Shown here: one piece after another, positions 1-14,326 of the stretch
Layout: each line of letters opens with the position of its first letter
Numbering within the stretch: the stretch's first letter is position 1
From: Octopus vulgaris
Lineage: Eukaryota
Reading direction: 5' to 3'
DNA: 64,000 nt
Assembly (NCBI GenBank): GCA_951406725.2
Contig: OX597815.1
Span: 89,714,001 to 89,778,000 of the forward strand
The notes under the pieces: generated by a model
Told to the model about the DNA's origin: nothing
Databases searched by the model: none
What the model saw: only the letters and a program-made list of their open reading frames with translations
Position numbers and translations under genes: made by a program

Positions 1-394
1 GGGAACGAATGAAATTGAGCTGGCGTGTATGAAAGGAAAGTCTAAAGACAGAAACATAGGGGACGGACACAAGGGGTGTTGGCGGCCAGTAGTCAGGCCA
101 AGAAAGAAAGATCAAGGCTGGCCGGACACCAGTCACATGGAAGGAGGAGAGATGGGTGGGGGGCAGCTAGATCGAAGGATTAGAAAAAGAATCAGAGATA
201 AAGATAAAGGTACAGGGGAGATAAATGAGTGGGAAATAGTGGAAGTTAAAGAAAGAGACGGCCAAGTAACGTGAGAAAGGGGGAGCGAGAAACAGCAATT
301 ATATATATATATATAAAAACACCTAACGCCACAAAGTTCAATTGCCGCTCGAAGCACCCAGACAGTCAGACCTAACCAAAAATATAAAAACCAT

Positions 395-1270
395 GACGTC
401 CTTTGCTATAACCTGATCTGGAACTCCAGCATCTCATCCGAGATTGCGAAACAATTTTTAACTGCACTTGATCGCTGCTTCCATAAAAATGGCGTGTACA
501 GCAAAATATTCAACCGACACACTGTAAAACTATCCTATGCAAATTCACTAAACTTAGATCACCATATTCATAGGATTAACAACCGTAAACTGAGGCGAAG
601 GTTAGTCAGCACTCAAAATAACTTTCGCAACATCCATCATAGCTCATATGATCAACCTAAAAACAACGATTATAACTCGAATTATACTACCAACCAAGAG
701 AGCAATAATTACAATATTCGTGATAACCATCCAACAAATAACACCAGCAACAGTTCAAATAATACATGAGAACACCTACAAATAGTGAAAATAAAACAAT
801 AATATTGACAACCAGCATACCGAACAGAACCAATCCCACAAGCGAACAAAATCAAACAGTTATGCTCATGCAGAGCTAGAGCCAATTGTCCTTTGGATAA
901 CCAATATATGACTAGGAACGTAGTATACAAGCGCCCTATAAACACTAGAAGAGGCCGCTGCGTATATATCGGGGCATCGGCCGATTTTTTCCAAAATCGA
1001 TACCACAACCAATTGCCAGCTTTCGAAATATCCTTAAACGACATATATCATCGCTGGCCAATTTTATCTGGAGGCTTAAGGGAGCGAAGCAAAATGCGGC
1101 CTTACATGGCCAATACTTAGACACGCGAGTCTCTGGAACAGTATATCCCGGAAATGACAGTTATGCTTCGAGGAGTCACTCTCGATAATGTTAACAGAGG
1201 GGTGCAGTATAAATAAATTCATTTAACAATTACCCAGGAGCCTACACGCAGTTAAACACAACATTCACAT
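395..1270 (+). mobile_element. Penelope-like element (PLE) 3' remnant: linker and GIY-YIG endonuclease, with stops and frameshifts
   Basis: Translates EIAKQFLTALDRCFHKNGVYSKIFNRHTVKLSY, then CSCRARANCPLDNQYMTRNVVYK...VYIGASADFFQNRYHN. This matches the PLE linker motif KIFNRxTVKxSY and the CxCR..CPL..VVY..YIG endonuclease motifs. Confidence 0.8.
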
Positions 1271-1411
1271 ATTACAATCCCGACCATACATAATCTGATG
1301 TATACATAACGTCCACATATCTTAATACACCTGAACTTGAAGAAATATATTCGAATAACTTGTATTTGACGTATGGTCTTGCCATATAGATCCACACACA
1401 AGGCTTTGGTC

Positions 1412-1478
1412 ATATAGCCTCGGGTCGACCAAAGCCTTGTGAGTGGATTTGGTAGACGGAAACTGAAAGAGACTAGTC

Positions 1479-1520
<42 letters not shown>

Positions 1521-1737
1521 GTGTGTGTATGTACTTGTGTCTCTGTGTTTGTCCCCCCCACTATCGCTTGACAACCGATGTTGCTGTGTTCACGTCCCCG
1601 TAACTTAGTGGTTCGGCAAAAGAGAGCGATAGAGTAAGTACTAGGCTTACAAAGAATAAGTCCTGGGGGTCGATTTGTTCGACTAAAGGAGGTGCTCCAG
1701 CATGGCCGCAGTGAAATGACTGAAACAAATAAAAGAA
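1412..1737 (+). mobile_element. tRNA-derived octopus-type SINE (family A), 5'-truncated, with internal microsatellite
   Basis: TATAGCCTCGGGTCGACCAAAGCCTTGTGAGTGGATTTGGTAGACGGAAACTGAAAG...(TA)n...GTCCCCGTAACTTAG...GTGCTCCAGCATGGCCGCAGT...ACTGAAACAA. It is homologous to the copies at 1775-2230 and 55615-58110. Confidence 0.85.
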
Positions 1738-1774
1738 TGTATATATACATACGCACACAATATATATGTATGTA

Positions 1775-2020
1775 TCTTTATCTTTTGTCTTTTAATTGTT
1801 TCATTCATTAGTCCGAGGCTCTGTTGGAGCACCGCCTTGAAGAATGTTTAGCTTAATGTCTAAACCCCAGTACTTATTTTTTTTTTAAGTCTGGTAATTA
1901 TTATAGGAATCACTTTTGGTGAAACGCTAAGTTATGGGGACGTAAACACACAAGGACCTGTTTTGAAGCGCTGGGGGGAAGTACACAAAGACACACATAT
2001 GCACACACATATATTTATGT

Positions 2021-2052
<32 letters not shown>

Positions 2053-2230
2053 TTATTTATATTTATATATATATATATCCGACGGGCTTCTTACAGTTTC
2101 CGTCTACCAAATTCACTCACAAGGATTTAGTCGGCCTCGAGTTATAATAGAAGATGCTTGATCAAAGGTGTCACGGAGTGGGGCTGAGCCCAGAACCATG
2201 TGGTTAGAAAGCAAGCTTCTTACCACGCAC
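1775..2230 (-). mobile_element. tRNA-derived SINE (family A), diverged near-full-length copy
   Basis: Reverse complement of the same family (CGACGGGCTTCTTACAGTTTCCGTCTACCAAATTCACTCACAAGG...AGAACCATGTGGTT...GCAAGCTTCTTACCAC), including the tRNA-like head. Confidence 0.85.
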
Positions 2231-4698
2231 ACCCACACTCACACATACACGCACACACTCTCTAAAACACACATATACAAGTATATACATACACATACAT
2301 AGATATGGATCTAGATACATTTATTGTTATTGCTATAACATGCAAACTTTAGTTCAAAATAAGCGAAAGAAAGCCACTAGAGTCAGATAATGGTATAAAC
2401 GTGCCGCATCATGAAAAATAGAGAGATCCACAGAGATCAATCGGTGAAAAGTTTATATTTTCATACAAACACATAGGTAAAAAAAAGTGGTTTTATGTAG
2501 ATATAAAAGCTAAGTATTCACATTATAATCTATCTTGCAAGTGGGAAGTAAATTCTCAACATTAATCTTGTATTTTCTTACTGAAACTTGACTATCTGAC
2601 TCACTTCATTTGCTCTAAAAAATATCAACCAGTATGTGATTCCAAAGTAAATCTTTTAGCTGAAGTAAATATTTGTCTTTTCTCGTTGTCAGTTGCTTAG
2701 AATACGACCTTAGTTAAATAAAAATCATGAATACTCTAATCTAGTCATTTGGACTGGAAAATTTATTCTTTCAGTATATGTATTTAAATTACTTTAACCC
2801 GCATTATATAGTAAATCGGGAATTTATAATGCTCACATGAAAGTCAATGACATTGTAAAAAAGCCAGTAAGCTACAGTTGCATTTCAATATGATCATTAC
2901 AGATATTTCCCAAATGCTTTCAAAGATATTGACGTAATTTTTATGTGAAATATATTTAAGTATATTATAAGAGCGCACATTCTAAACGGATTATTACATG
3001 AACCAATAAAAGACAAGCTATGAGGTATTGTATTTTTCTGGAAATAGTACCCACATCTTCATCAGTTTTCACATTTCTGTTTATATTATAAATGATTGTT
3101 ATGATGTAGCACATGATACCCTCTACATTCAAGAAGATGGACATATATGACGTCTAGAATTTATTTTACGGTAGACCTCTACAAGAAGTGATCTGGGGAT
3201 TTAACATAAAAACAATAATAACCAGAAATGATGTAACGATAATTCTGTGAAATAACTAGATTAAAAAATTCTCCCTATTCTATATCTGTGTGCATTAAGC
3301 GCAAATTTATTTTCTAAATTCTAGTTGAAGAAAGAAAAATGACCTTGAAATTAATTTATTTGGTTTTACAGAAAATAATACGTGATGTCAGTTAGAAATA
3401 AAGTTGCATATTCACCAACCGATGTTTAAATAATCGTAAATTTGACACAATCGTAGATATAAAACTCAAAGTAAAAAAAACAAAACAAAATAGAAAGATT
3501 TGTATTATGTTCACACCAAATTAAAGATTGACTAGAGGATTTTGAAAAAAATCGACACTTTCATAGACTCAAAGGCGTAAATAGTCTCCGTTATTTTAAC
3601 AAAAATTCCCTGCTAATGAGCCTATATCTAATACAATCTAGTATTTTGTATCACATTAAATTTAATTATGGCAAATACATCCGAGATAGCTCAGGTATAT
3701 ACTCTACGAAGCATTAATTCATACCCAGATTGGGTCAAAGAAATGGGCGTCACTAAAACATATTACAGTATAACATTGTGAATATGTTATAACTGTCGTA
3801 CACGTCCATCATATTGAATTCATGTGTATGTCGGTATGAGTGAATGCATGCATGAACGTGTATACATTTAAACAAAAATACACACAGGAACAGAGTTATA
3901 TATACACATACCTGCACAAACACACGCACATACACACATACATCACGTATAACTATATGAAGGTGTCTGAGATTACGTGCTGTCAAAAGTGTCAGTATGG
4001 GAACCTCAAATATTACAATATCAACGAAATCTATTCTTCCAATGATGTCTTTTGTCTGTAGACATTATATTATGTTGTTGAGCTTCTTTAATTATGTGCA
4101 ATATTGATTGTATTACTTTATTAAAATTCCTGTTTTGCACGGAATTATGGGAATTTTCTTTTATAGACCTGTTGTGATTATTTTAAGCCATCATTTTCAA
4201 AACAAGAAATCAATGGTGTTGTGATAATCTAAAGAGATATTAAATTAATGCACATTACTCCGTTCGGGTGTCACAGAACTCTTACGAAGGATGTAGTTAT
4301 TGTGGCACAACAGGGCATCTAAGTCAAAGTAAGTTCAGATGAAAATGAAACTCTGCAGAAATTTTAAATCGACTGATGTCCCATCAAAATTTTGGTTTAA
4401 TTATTCTTTTTCTCCTTTTATATCAAATGTCTGACATCGGAGAATCTGGGTCATAAAGAGAAATTAATTTTCTTTCAAGAAATTACAATTTTTATTTTAA
4501 TATTGATGAAGGAGATTAGAAAAATATAATGGCAACTTTGTTTCTAATATAATGTGTCTAGAATGAAATATATGAAGGTCTCTATTGATGAAGACATTTG
4601 GCATCAACTGCAATGAGAAAGGACACCTCTGGCACTAAATTATTACCTATTGATGAGAAGATTATTTCGATACATATATAGTTACATATATGTTTATT

Positions 4699-4753
<55 letters not shown>

Positions 4754-4755
4754 CC

Positions 4756-4789
<34 letters not shown>

Positions 4790-4814
4790 GTATATATATA
4801 TATATATATATTTA

Positions 4815-4853
<39 letters not shown>

Positions 4854-5427
4854 TTATATATGTACATATCTACGGTTGTTTTCTGTATATTAATAGAGTT
4901 TAGTATCGGAAATAAGTATGAATGTGATTGAATTTTTCTGGTGGCTGATAATGTTTTGTTAATACTATGGGCTTTTTGTGTATTTTACGTATCTAAAATA
5001 CTACCACAAAATTTATTTTTTCTAAAATATAATTAAAAGTATTGATACAGCCTAAAGAACCTAAAATATAATAATCAGATTTTTTTCCTATTTGTAACCG
5101 TTTCCTATACAGTTCTAAAGTTATTGGGTCACTCAGCGGTTTCTAACAATTGAATTCTTTTCATTAAACATTATCGTACAAATTAGGGCACTGAAAAGAA
5201 TCAGTAAATATGGAAGCTTTTATGTTTGGCTTCACTTTACAATTCTTTTTCGTTCAAACCACATACTACTACTGAAGAGAAGGAAGCGTTGGATAGTGTA
5301 GTTCTGATTTCATTATATCTAATAGTTGCGGGGGGAATGCCTTCGTTCTATATTGGTCTTTTGTCGCACACCTAAGCTAAGTTTTAACAGGAATAACTCA
5401 AATATGCAGATGCCATTTTTAACAGCA

Positions 5428-6565
5428 ATGTGGTGCATGATGCTAAGTTCATGAATTTAAGTGTTCAAATCATCTTAACGTTAGAACAGTGTATATGAGT
5501 TTATTTATCTAGACTTTTTCTGTTAGCAAACTAATACATTCTAAACACTTCAAATGAGTAATTTGATAAATAATACATTCTCATATTTACGTGTAAGCTA
5601 GTAAGAATATTTCTAGAGAAAGAACGCCAAGACATACTTTTGACCAGTTACGTTATTAATTTATGTATGTGCAATACAGTAGAGCGGTATATATGAGGAT
5701 ATCTATCTAGATTGTTTCTGTTAGCATACACATATATTCTCAACACTTCAAATGACTGATGTGATAAATAATACATTCTAATATTCATGTGTAAGCGAGT
5801 GATAATGTCTCTAGTGAAATAATTCCGAGACAAACTTTTGACCATTTATGTTGTTAATTTAAGTATGTAGTAATATTGTTCGTAACATAGATGCAAGTTC
5901 AGAATCTTCAGGATTTGAGGAGTAGTCCAACTACATTAATTATTTGTTACTTTATTTATCTAGCCTGGAATAAAGTTGTATTTAGTAGCGTTTGAATTCA
6001 AAGCGTAGATTTGCGAAACAGTTACCACAATACATTTGATCTGATGCTCAAACAACTCTGCCAATCACCATCCTGAAGAATGTTATAAATTAACATTCCC
6101 TTATCTTTCCCCGATAATACCGATGTGGAAAAGAATGACAATCATAATAGGAACTGTCTTCATGATGGCATTGCTTTTATTTGAAAACATATTCAGTGTT
6201 TATTTAAAGTACTAACATGACATTGTTACCTATAAGGCCTGCAATTTTCAAATTTTCTAATTTTACATTGATTAAATTATGTGCAGTACTGCACGAGGTA
6301 TCTCTAATAGCTTGTGGACTTGTCACAACTATATCAATTTAAATTGGCATAGAAGTAACATAGTTATAAGCAATGCTTAAAATTCTATCAGTAATTAGCT
6401 ATAATTTACAACTATGTGGTATTATGATGTTAGGTTCGTGAAGTTAAGTGTTTAAATCATCCTAATAGTAGAGCAGTAAGTCCACAGGAGCTTATCTATT
6501 TGTCAGCAAGAAAATATATTCTAAGCACTTCAAATGTATAACTGAATAAATAAAACATTCTGAGA
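5428..6565. repeat. Three diverged copies of a ~150-200 bp unit (about 5428-5680, 5695-5880, 6415-6565)
   Basis: The core TATCTA..TGTYAGCA..ATAYATTCT.A.CACTTCAAATG...ATAAATAA.ACATTCT occurs three times. Copies 1 and 3 also share upstream ATGATGYTARGTTCRTGAA.TTAAGTGTTYAAATCATC. Confidence 0.7.
5915..6075 (-). mobile_element. Highly decayed SINE (family B)
   Basis: TTTGAATTCAAAGCGTAG...CTCTGCCAATCACC resembles the reverse complement of the 27699-27912 SINE head. Confidence 0.45.
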
Positions 6566-8819
6566 TTCTGAACGGTATATCAAACCCAGTACGTGATAAT
6601 ATATAAGAGATTCTACAAATAAACACAAGATAAATAACACGTCATATCGTATTCTAGTTGTCTCTATGTGTACCTTTTTATATTAGCATTTCTGTGTTTG
6701 CGTGTGTGCATTTTATGGCTTCATCCATATATAAACATATAGTGATAATTACTCTGCTTGCCGACACTATGCTCACACAATACAAAGCATGTGAGCTTCT
6801 ATTAAGTATAGATAATTTACAAGAGATCTCATTTCTTTACAATTGCTTTACAATATGTTGATTTAAATAACGATAGAAAAATAATTAATAGAAAAGCGTC
6901 AGCCTGATGTGTTTAATTATATTAACACTTTCATTAAGCACATGAATGTCACCCTTCCAACGTCATAGTAAAGATTGTATGTAATCAATATTACAAAATA
7001 TGGAAAACATATTCGACATGTGTGTGTGTGTGTGTATGTGTGTGTGTGTGTATTGATTCATATTTGCTGCCCTTGTGTAACTAAGTTAAATTTTCCTATT
7101 GTAGCCAAACAAACAAATTATTTCCAAAAAATTGATTATGTGATTAAACCAATGCCGAATCATCTTCTGTTCTGAAAACTGGATATGCATTAGTGTAATT
7201 TCGACATTCTATTTCCACATGTCAACGACACAAAAAAAAAATAATAATAAGCCTATCTTATACATCTAAGATTTTTTTTTCTAAATGAAATAAAACATAT
7301 TATTAAAATCACTTTTTGAGGCAATCTTACTTCTATTCCCATTCGATGTATTTCATGTTACGCAAAGGGAAATAGAATCACTGACACACGTAGTGCTTTA
7401 CAATATTAGATTCCAAGTTTGATATAATTCATCGAAATTACTTCTTGATTTTTTTTTGTATTAAATTGATTTTTTTAAAACATTAATTTAAATTGTCTGT
7501 TACACTGTTTCTCTATCGAATATAAAATTATCAAATCAAATCTGAAATTTCTTTTGCAAATTCTAAATTATGAAGGAAATTTATAAAAATAATCGAAATT
7601 TGCATTGTCATTTTTTATTATTGAAAAACTTGGTATATTCCTGAAAACATTGATTTATTATTTTCATATTAAAATAATATAATTTCATTTCCATTGGATC
7701 TAATCATTTAGAAATATTGAATTGAATTAAAATATTATCAAATTAACTAACAATTCTATATACTTTAGTTTAATGTTCATTTATTGAATTATACATTCTA
7801 GTTATTGTAACAATTTTTTAAAGAAATTTCCTTAGATATTTATTCATTATTTACTAGTTGGCAACTTAGAATCATTAAATTAAAAACATTAAAACTTTCA
7901 TGAACACTTCTTAAACCAACGGGAAAATAGTTGATTGTTTACAGCCATCTATATGTTTTCACTGAGTGCTCTACTTCTACATTCCTGATAATTGCTTTAT
8001 TGCAAGATAAATTATTTGATTTGTGCAAATTAATTATCTAATTAGGTATAATCGAATCGCGGGAAAAGCCCACTCAGGTAGACAGATTCAGCTTTATTAC
8101 AAAATATACTGCTATTATTCAAGTGAAGAACAGTGGATGTTACAATTTTTACCAAATGGATATCAATGCCTGGAATAAAGTTTAGTATTTTTGCGATATT
8201 ATTCCACAGGTCTTCTCCGGTAGTTATATAAATTATTTTAATATTATAATGTATATTGTTATAATTCATATATTATATTTCTAACGTGTTCAGATATATT
8301 CGTACAATCATTTTTGGCTACCTGTGAAGTGGATGGTAATCTTTCTTATTGTGGATTGGACAATGTGAACGAAGGTAATTTAACCAGGGATTCTGTTCCT
8401 TACATTCCACAATTAAATGAACTTAGGCAGCGCAAAAATATTCAGTCGAAAGAAAATGTAATACCTCTTATGTACTGAGATACTCGATTTATGGACACAT
8501 AGTTCCCTATTTTGTTTTAAAATTTCGCTGTATAAAATATCACAATGAAACAGTCAGATGATGTTAGCCTTGTGTTTCCTTTTATTGGACGTAATAATCG
8601 GTTGGTCTTTAGTCGCAAGGACAGTGCCTATGACCTAGGCGTCTAACAATGGTAAGGAGAAAAGTATCCCAAATGGGGAAACTTGGTATAAATTCTTAGA
8701 ACGGAGTAGATTCCATTTAAAGCACCTAAGGTGCAGGTGGTAGCGTTAAGCCTGATGGAACAGATACCATGTGGCAAATGGTTCTGGTTTTGTAAACTTA
8801 CACCAATCTTCCTCCTTTG

Positions 8820-8935
8820 ACTAGTACCATTATGTCAACCCTAGAAAGGTGAAAGTGAAATTTGGTCTCCGAGGAATCTGAACACAGAACAGAGAGAAAA
8901 CGTCTGACCAAAGCTTTCATGACTCTATCAATTCG
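8820..8935 (-). mobile_element. Decayed SINE fragment (family B)
   Basis: GTACCATTATGTCAACCCTAGAAAGGTGAAAG...GGAATCTGAACACAGAAC resembles the reverse complement of the family B body. Confidence 0.45.
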
Positions 8936-10290
8936 CGGAATTAAAAATTATTAACTTTTGAATTAAAAAAAAAACTAATTTCGTCTGTATCAAAATTAAC
9001 TTGAAATAAAGCAGTGTGATAATGTTTCAAATATGTTTTTATCTTGACAAATATAGAACGGAATATTGAAGAAAACATGATTGTTTGTGAGATTAATTTG
9101 TTCCGTCTATATATTTCATTGAAGTGTTGTCAAATATTTCAAAGGCTATATTGCATCCAAAGGAATAATATAAAAAATTATAATTACAGAATTAATAATA
9201 ACTATTTATATTTGTATTCTTGGAGCAAATCATCAATATAGAAGATTACATTTTGTTACTACAGGAAATTAACAATTTAATATGTTTAATATAATACGTT
9301 CAAGCAAAGCTGGCTTCAAGGAATATATATTTAATACTGAACTAAAAGAGACGTCTAAAAATGTTCCAATACCTGTATAGTAAAGTAAATAAGTTTTCAC
9401 CTTTTACTGGAAGTAGCAACTTCGCTTACTCTGTGCCTATTTAAAACAAAAATGAATGCTACAATCCCATTTTGCATACTTTCGAAGGCTCACGTTGATG
9501 CTAATCAGTTACTTTTGTAAGCCAATAGATATACGTGCAGTGTAATATTCCACTAATGAAACGATGGCTGTTTTAAAAGGTTCCATTTGTATATGAAATC
9601 ACTAAATGCAATGAAAACAGACATCTCTCTAAATATGTCAACAATACTTGAAAATATTATCTTTACGACAATGATATACACATGACAGTCATATATGTAA
9701 AAAATATAATTCGTTGATTTTGAGAGAAACACTCAAGTAGGTTTCTTAGTAGTTGTTTCATTGTACGAACATAAATGCTTGTACATTGAACTGATATTTT
9801 TCTAAATATTACGACGCTTATTTCTTCAGATTGTTTTGATTGTTAATTCACATCTTGTTAATTGGTATGCAGCAAAGACGCGTTATATATTGTAATTTAA
9901 GCTGAATAATAAAAAGCTAGATGTACAATTCATATTGTGAATATACATTGTTATATTAAGATTTATATGTATAAGAGTATACTAGCAATAGTGATAGAGA
10001 TTATAATTGTTAAAACCTATTTATATATTATGTACAAGTTATCCTCATTGTATTTGCCATTCAATGGCCTTGATACCATGTTACATTTGGTTTACAATAA
10101 CATTTCTTACTCTGACATACTTTCTTAATTTTCTTTTCTTAATATGTAACACAGTCCTCGAATTACATCTCTTTCCAGAATAGATATGCTTTTGCATTTC
10201 GTGACTTAATACGTTTAGAGATGTACCAATCATTTCAATGTATGATACAAAATATCTTCTTTCTAGTCATATGTCAATCCTTGTTAATAC

Positions 10291-10353
10291 TAATATATAT
10301 ATATATATATGATATGATATGATATGATATGATATGATATAATATAATATAAG

Positions 10354-10427
<74 letters not shown>

Positions 10428-10465
10428 TATATATAATGTGTATGTGTTCGTGTGTGTGTAACTAT
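10291..10465. repeat. Compound microsatellite (TA)n-(ATATG)n-(TA)n-(GA)n-(TG)n
   Basis: Directly visible. It is representative of many (TA)n/(CA)n/(TACA)n tracts, e.g. 4700-4860, 12915-13260, 18350-18700, 34645-34715, 36935-37155, 45830-46620, 47930-48200, 62280-62345. Confidence 0.95.
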
Positions 10466-12931
10466 GCATGTATGTATAAAACCACAAGATGCATATTCTT
10501 CATTTGTGATGAATACCCTTTGTAATTTCGGTACCTGCTTTCTATCGATAATTTCAATTAGTTAAGAAGAATAAAATATTTCTCATATATGTCATAAAGA
10601 CATTGATGTTTGACCCTTGACAAGATAAGCTATCTTATGATTCACCTTATACCAACCACATTTAAAGATAATAATTTAAAGCAAAAGCCAAATCTGCTGT
10701 AACCAACTGATGTATCTAACAAATTTAAGGTCTGTTACACAAAGAATGTTATATGAAGGGAATTAATAATACGAGGACAACATAAACAATGTCTATTCTA
10801 TCACAGAATACTATTCCTATTGTTCCTTGTGTAGTAGTATATTTCACTGGGGAAAAGAAATGTAGTGATATAAACCAAGAATGGAATCAGCTAGATTAAT
10901 TCGATTGAAATATAGTTTTGATACATGTTATCTGCATAACTGAATCCCCTAGAAAACGGATAAAGCAACTGCAATAATTGATTTTGACTCAGTCATACAA
11001 TTGGTTCAATACAACAATCTTTTCAAGCAGAGTTCTATTTCTATTTCTAGATTGTTGAAAGATTTATCAACGAATCCTTTCTTATTCAGCTACTTGAGGC
11101 AATTAATCTTTTATTCCTCTGTAAATTGTTACCAATATTAGACAAACAAGTAAGGATTTGAATAAGAAACCTAATTGTATCGCATTTCAGGTTTGCAAGT
11201 TTAATAAAATCTTTGGCATAAATATTCAACTCATCTACAAACTAAATCAAGCAAATAATCCAAACCTCCTAATGAATTATATATGATTATAATCAATAAA
11301 AGATAATAGTCAGGTGTAAAGTTGATTGTAGTTTTATAGAGAGACGGCGTAATTTTCGTATTCACATTGATATATCAAACAAACTACTCTAATATTAACA
11401 GCTGAAATAAAATGCGTGCTGAGAATCTAAAATAAGAATTTCTTATCAGTGTACAGATCTTCAGATTTATAAGAAACTAAGATTAGGCAAAGTTCGTTGC
11501 TGTCAAGTACACAGAAGAAGTAGTTGAAGTAAAGTCGACGACTCGCAACATACATTTGTGAAGCAAAATAATTGTTGAAGGGAATATAAATGAGACCAGA
11601 ATCAACGTATATGCCTTCACCCCAAACATATAAACTGTTGTTTTATTAATTTAAAGTTGTAATATTTATTTTCTTCGAGAAATTGGAAATATTCTCTTTC
11701 GCATGAATCTTCACGTGAATGAATGGTTGTAAAATCCTGCATGGAGAGAGCTTCATGCTAAAAGTATATCTAATAAAAAGCTAGATCTACTAAAAGGGTG
11801 CGATGCCAAGATGTATTATCAAAGATAAGAACTTTTAGAAAAGTTTATACATTTTTCTGTCATCAATGTATTTCTTTTCGAAACTTACAACGTTTGTAGT
11901 AAACTGAACGTATCATACTTACGTACATAACTGCATATAGAAATACATACTGATATATACATTTACAAAGTCACACACTACATAAAAGTGAAGATTATAA
12001 ATTCTTCATCCACGATAGAATTAAGTTATCATTGGTTTAATATTTGTTAAAATATGAAACAGCTTTATTGGATATCATTCAACCGTTATCACTTATGTTA
12101 TAGCTATTCGGAAGCAAATTTTCTCCGTTTGCTTTCTTTGCAGTTTTATAGTGCTCCATAAAATGAGGGCTATATTGCTTTGCATGTATGGAAGGCCAAA
12201 ATAACATCTGATGACACGTTGAGAAAGAAATATTCTGTGTCTGCCATTAGCTTCTCAAACACTTGAGCTATCATCCTTAATATTAAACAGGAAATATATT
12301 GAATTCAAAACGCAAAATAAAAGCAATTTATAAAGCTTAATGTGCATTTGAAATTTATTTAGAGACAATTTTTCTTATCACTGAAGAGGCCTTGAAGAGA
12401 AACTTTTCTGATAATGTTCTTAGCATATTACTTTCACGCCACTGCAGAGAACAAAATGTTGATATAGCATAGTAATTGAATAGATGATGACATTCATGTT
12501 AAGAAAACACATATAAAAAAGAAAAAAAAAGGAAAACAGAACTTTATATTGCCCTACGGAAAGAATTGGGTTTGCTGTGAGGACACGATATCTATAGTTT
12601 ATCTTTGATTTTAATCTCTGCAATATTCTCAGAACAAAGAAAACTAATAATTAAATAAAAATGGTCGATCAGAATATCTCGAATCGATATAGTTAATTCT
12701 ACATCAACCGACGAGACAAAATATCACTTATTTAAAACAGTAACAAGGTAAACTTTTAGAAAATAGCTTTAATCTTGATGTTCTGTAGCATTCTTAACTC
12801 ATTTGTCTAATTCATGTAATTATTTCCATCCATACATCCATCCATTCTTCCTTTCACACCCAGAGATATATATGCATTTATTTGAGTGTGTACATTTGTG
12901 TGCGAATTCATATCCACACACACACGGACAC

Positions 12932-12966
<35 letters not shown>

Positions 12967-13196
12967 CACACACACTCACACACATATAGTGTTGGTTCTG
13001 GGAAGAATCATTCTCTTTTAGCCCTTATAATTTAAAACACAAGGAGACAGTGGTACACACAAACATGGAAACACACACAAACACACACATAAAAACACAC
13101 AAACACATGAATTACATACAAACGTACATCCATACATACATATATACATACGCACACACACACACATACACATGCATACGCACACTTACACGCATG

Positions 13197-13234
<38 letters not shown>

Positions 13235-13497
13235 CAAACATGTGTATGCACACACACACTGACCGACACACATGCGCACAAACAAACAGAAAGAAAGCTG
13301 CTTGAATAATGGACAGAGTCAATAACTGTTGAAAAGGTTGCAAGACGCAACGAAAATTTTAGAAAAATAAATAAGTAAATGAGTGGAAATTTAACCGGTG
13401 AGTGTTTTATATTATAAGGTGCTAAAAGAGAATGACTCTACTCAGACACAACAGAATATGCTTCAACACACGAACTTACATAAAGAGTTCAAAGACG

Positions 13498-13547
<50 letters not shown>

Positions 13548-13659
13548 ACATGCATATCCAAATCTAAAAACGAAAGATATATATGCGTATATATATATAT
13601 ACATGTGTGTATGAGTGAGTCTGTGCATGTGTGAATGCGTGTTTGCGTGTGTGAAGGAA

Positions 13660-13803
13660 GGCGGAAGTTCTAGTGATTAGACTGTTGCACTTACGATTGT
13701 GAGATCCTGCGTTCGATTCTCAGACCGGACAGCGCGTTGTTTTCTTGGGCAAAACACTTCATTTCACGTTGCTCTAGCCTTGCTTCCGGTCGATCACATG
13801 ATA
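13660..13803 (+). mobile_element. tRNA-derived SINE (family C), head plus internally deleted body
   Basis: B-box-like GTTCGATTC, then GCGTTGTTTCTTGGGCAAAACACTTCATTTCACGTTGCTC, shared in reverse complement with 46400-46438. The end GGTCGATCACATGAT resembles 61541-61556. Confidence 0.7.
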
Positions 13804-14326
13804 ACTTAATATGTGTGCGTCGGTGTGTATGTGTACGAGTGCATATGTATGCAAACACACACAGTTATCTATATATAAACTTGGATGACGCAATTGATAT
13901 AGCATGAAATTAAAATATCCATGTAACATAAAGAGCTTTTATACACCCCTGACAGGTATGATACTAAGTTTCGTGTCTGCGATAGAACACTTTTCATGGA
14001 ATATTATGTTAAAGACATATGTCAGAGCTATGGGAACGACGTTCCTGCTGTAATTCACGAAAATGTTAGACATGTTTCAGCCTACCTAAGCTTTATCATT
14101 GAGTAGTAGTCATTAATCAAAAGCCTAGACGAAATATTCCACTCCAATATATAGGAAACAGATACTAATACATTCAATGACAATTCGGAAAGCCTGCCAA
14201 ATTGAATAAAATTTTAGTGTACGCAATGCAAGTTTAACTGCACTAAACTAAAATAGCCGGCAGTTTTCTATACATCAGAATAGATTGTTTCTTGGTTATA
14301 ACTTATTCTGGTCTATGACTCACGTC

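Noticed and set aside
1-275. Purine-rich ORF 29-274 at the window start
   Set aside because: Compositional bias with no recognisable domain. It may be a repeat or PLE terminal region cut by the window edge, but this cannot be supported.
4650-4931. ORFs rich in YI/CV/HT/SL dipeptides here and at 13032, 18322, 34508, 36834, 45733-46647, 47812-48350, 49948-50480 and 62216
   Set aside because: They are translations of (TA)n, (TG)n, (CA)n and (CT)n microsatellites, not genes.
8042-8269. ORF with TTGEDL resembling hAT transposase
   Set aside because: Only a short motif, with no further hAT motifs, TIRs or TSD recognised.
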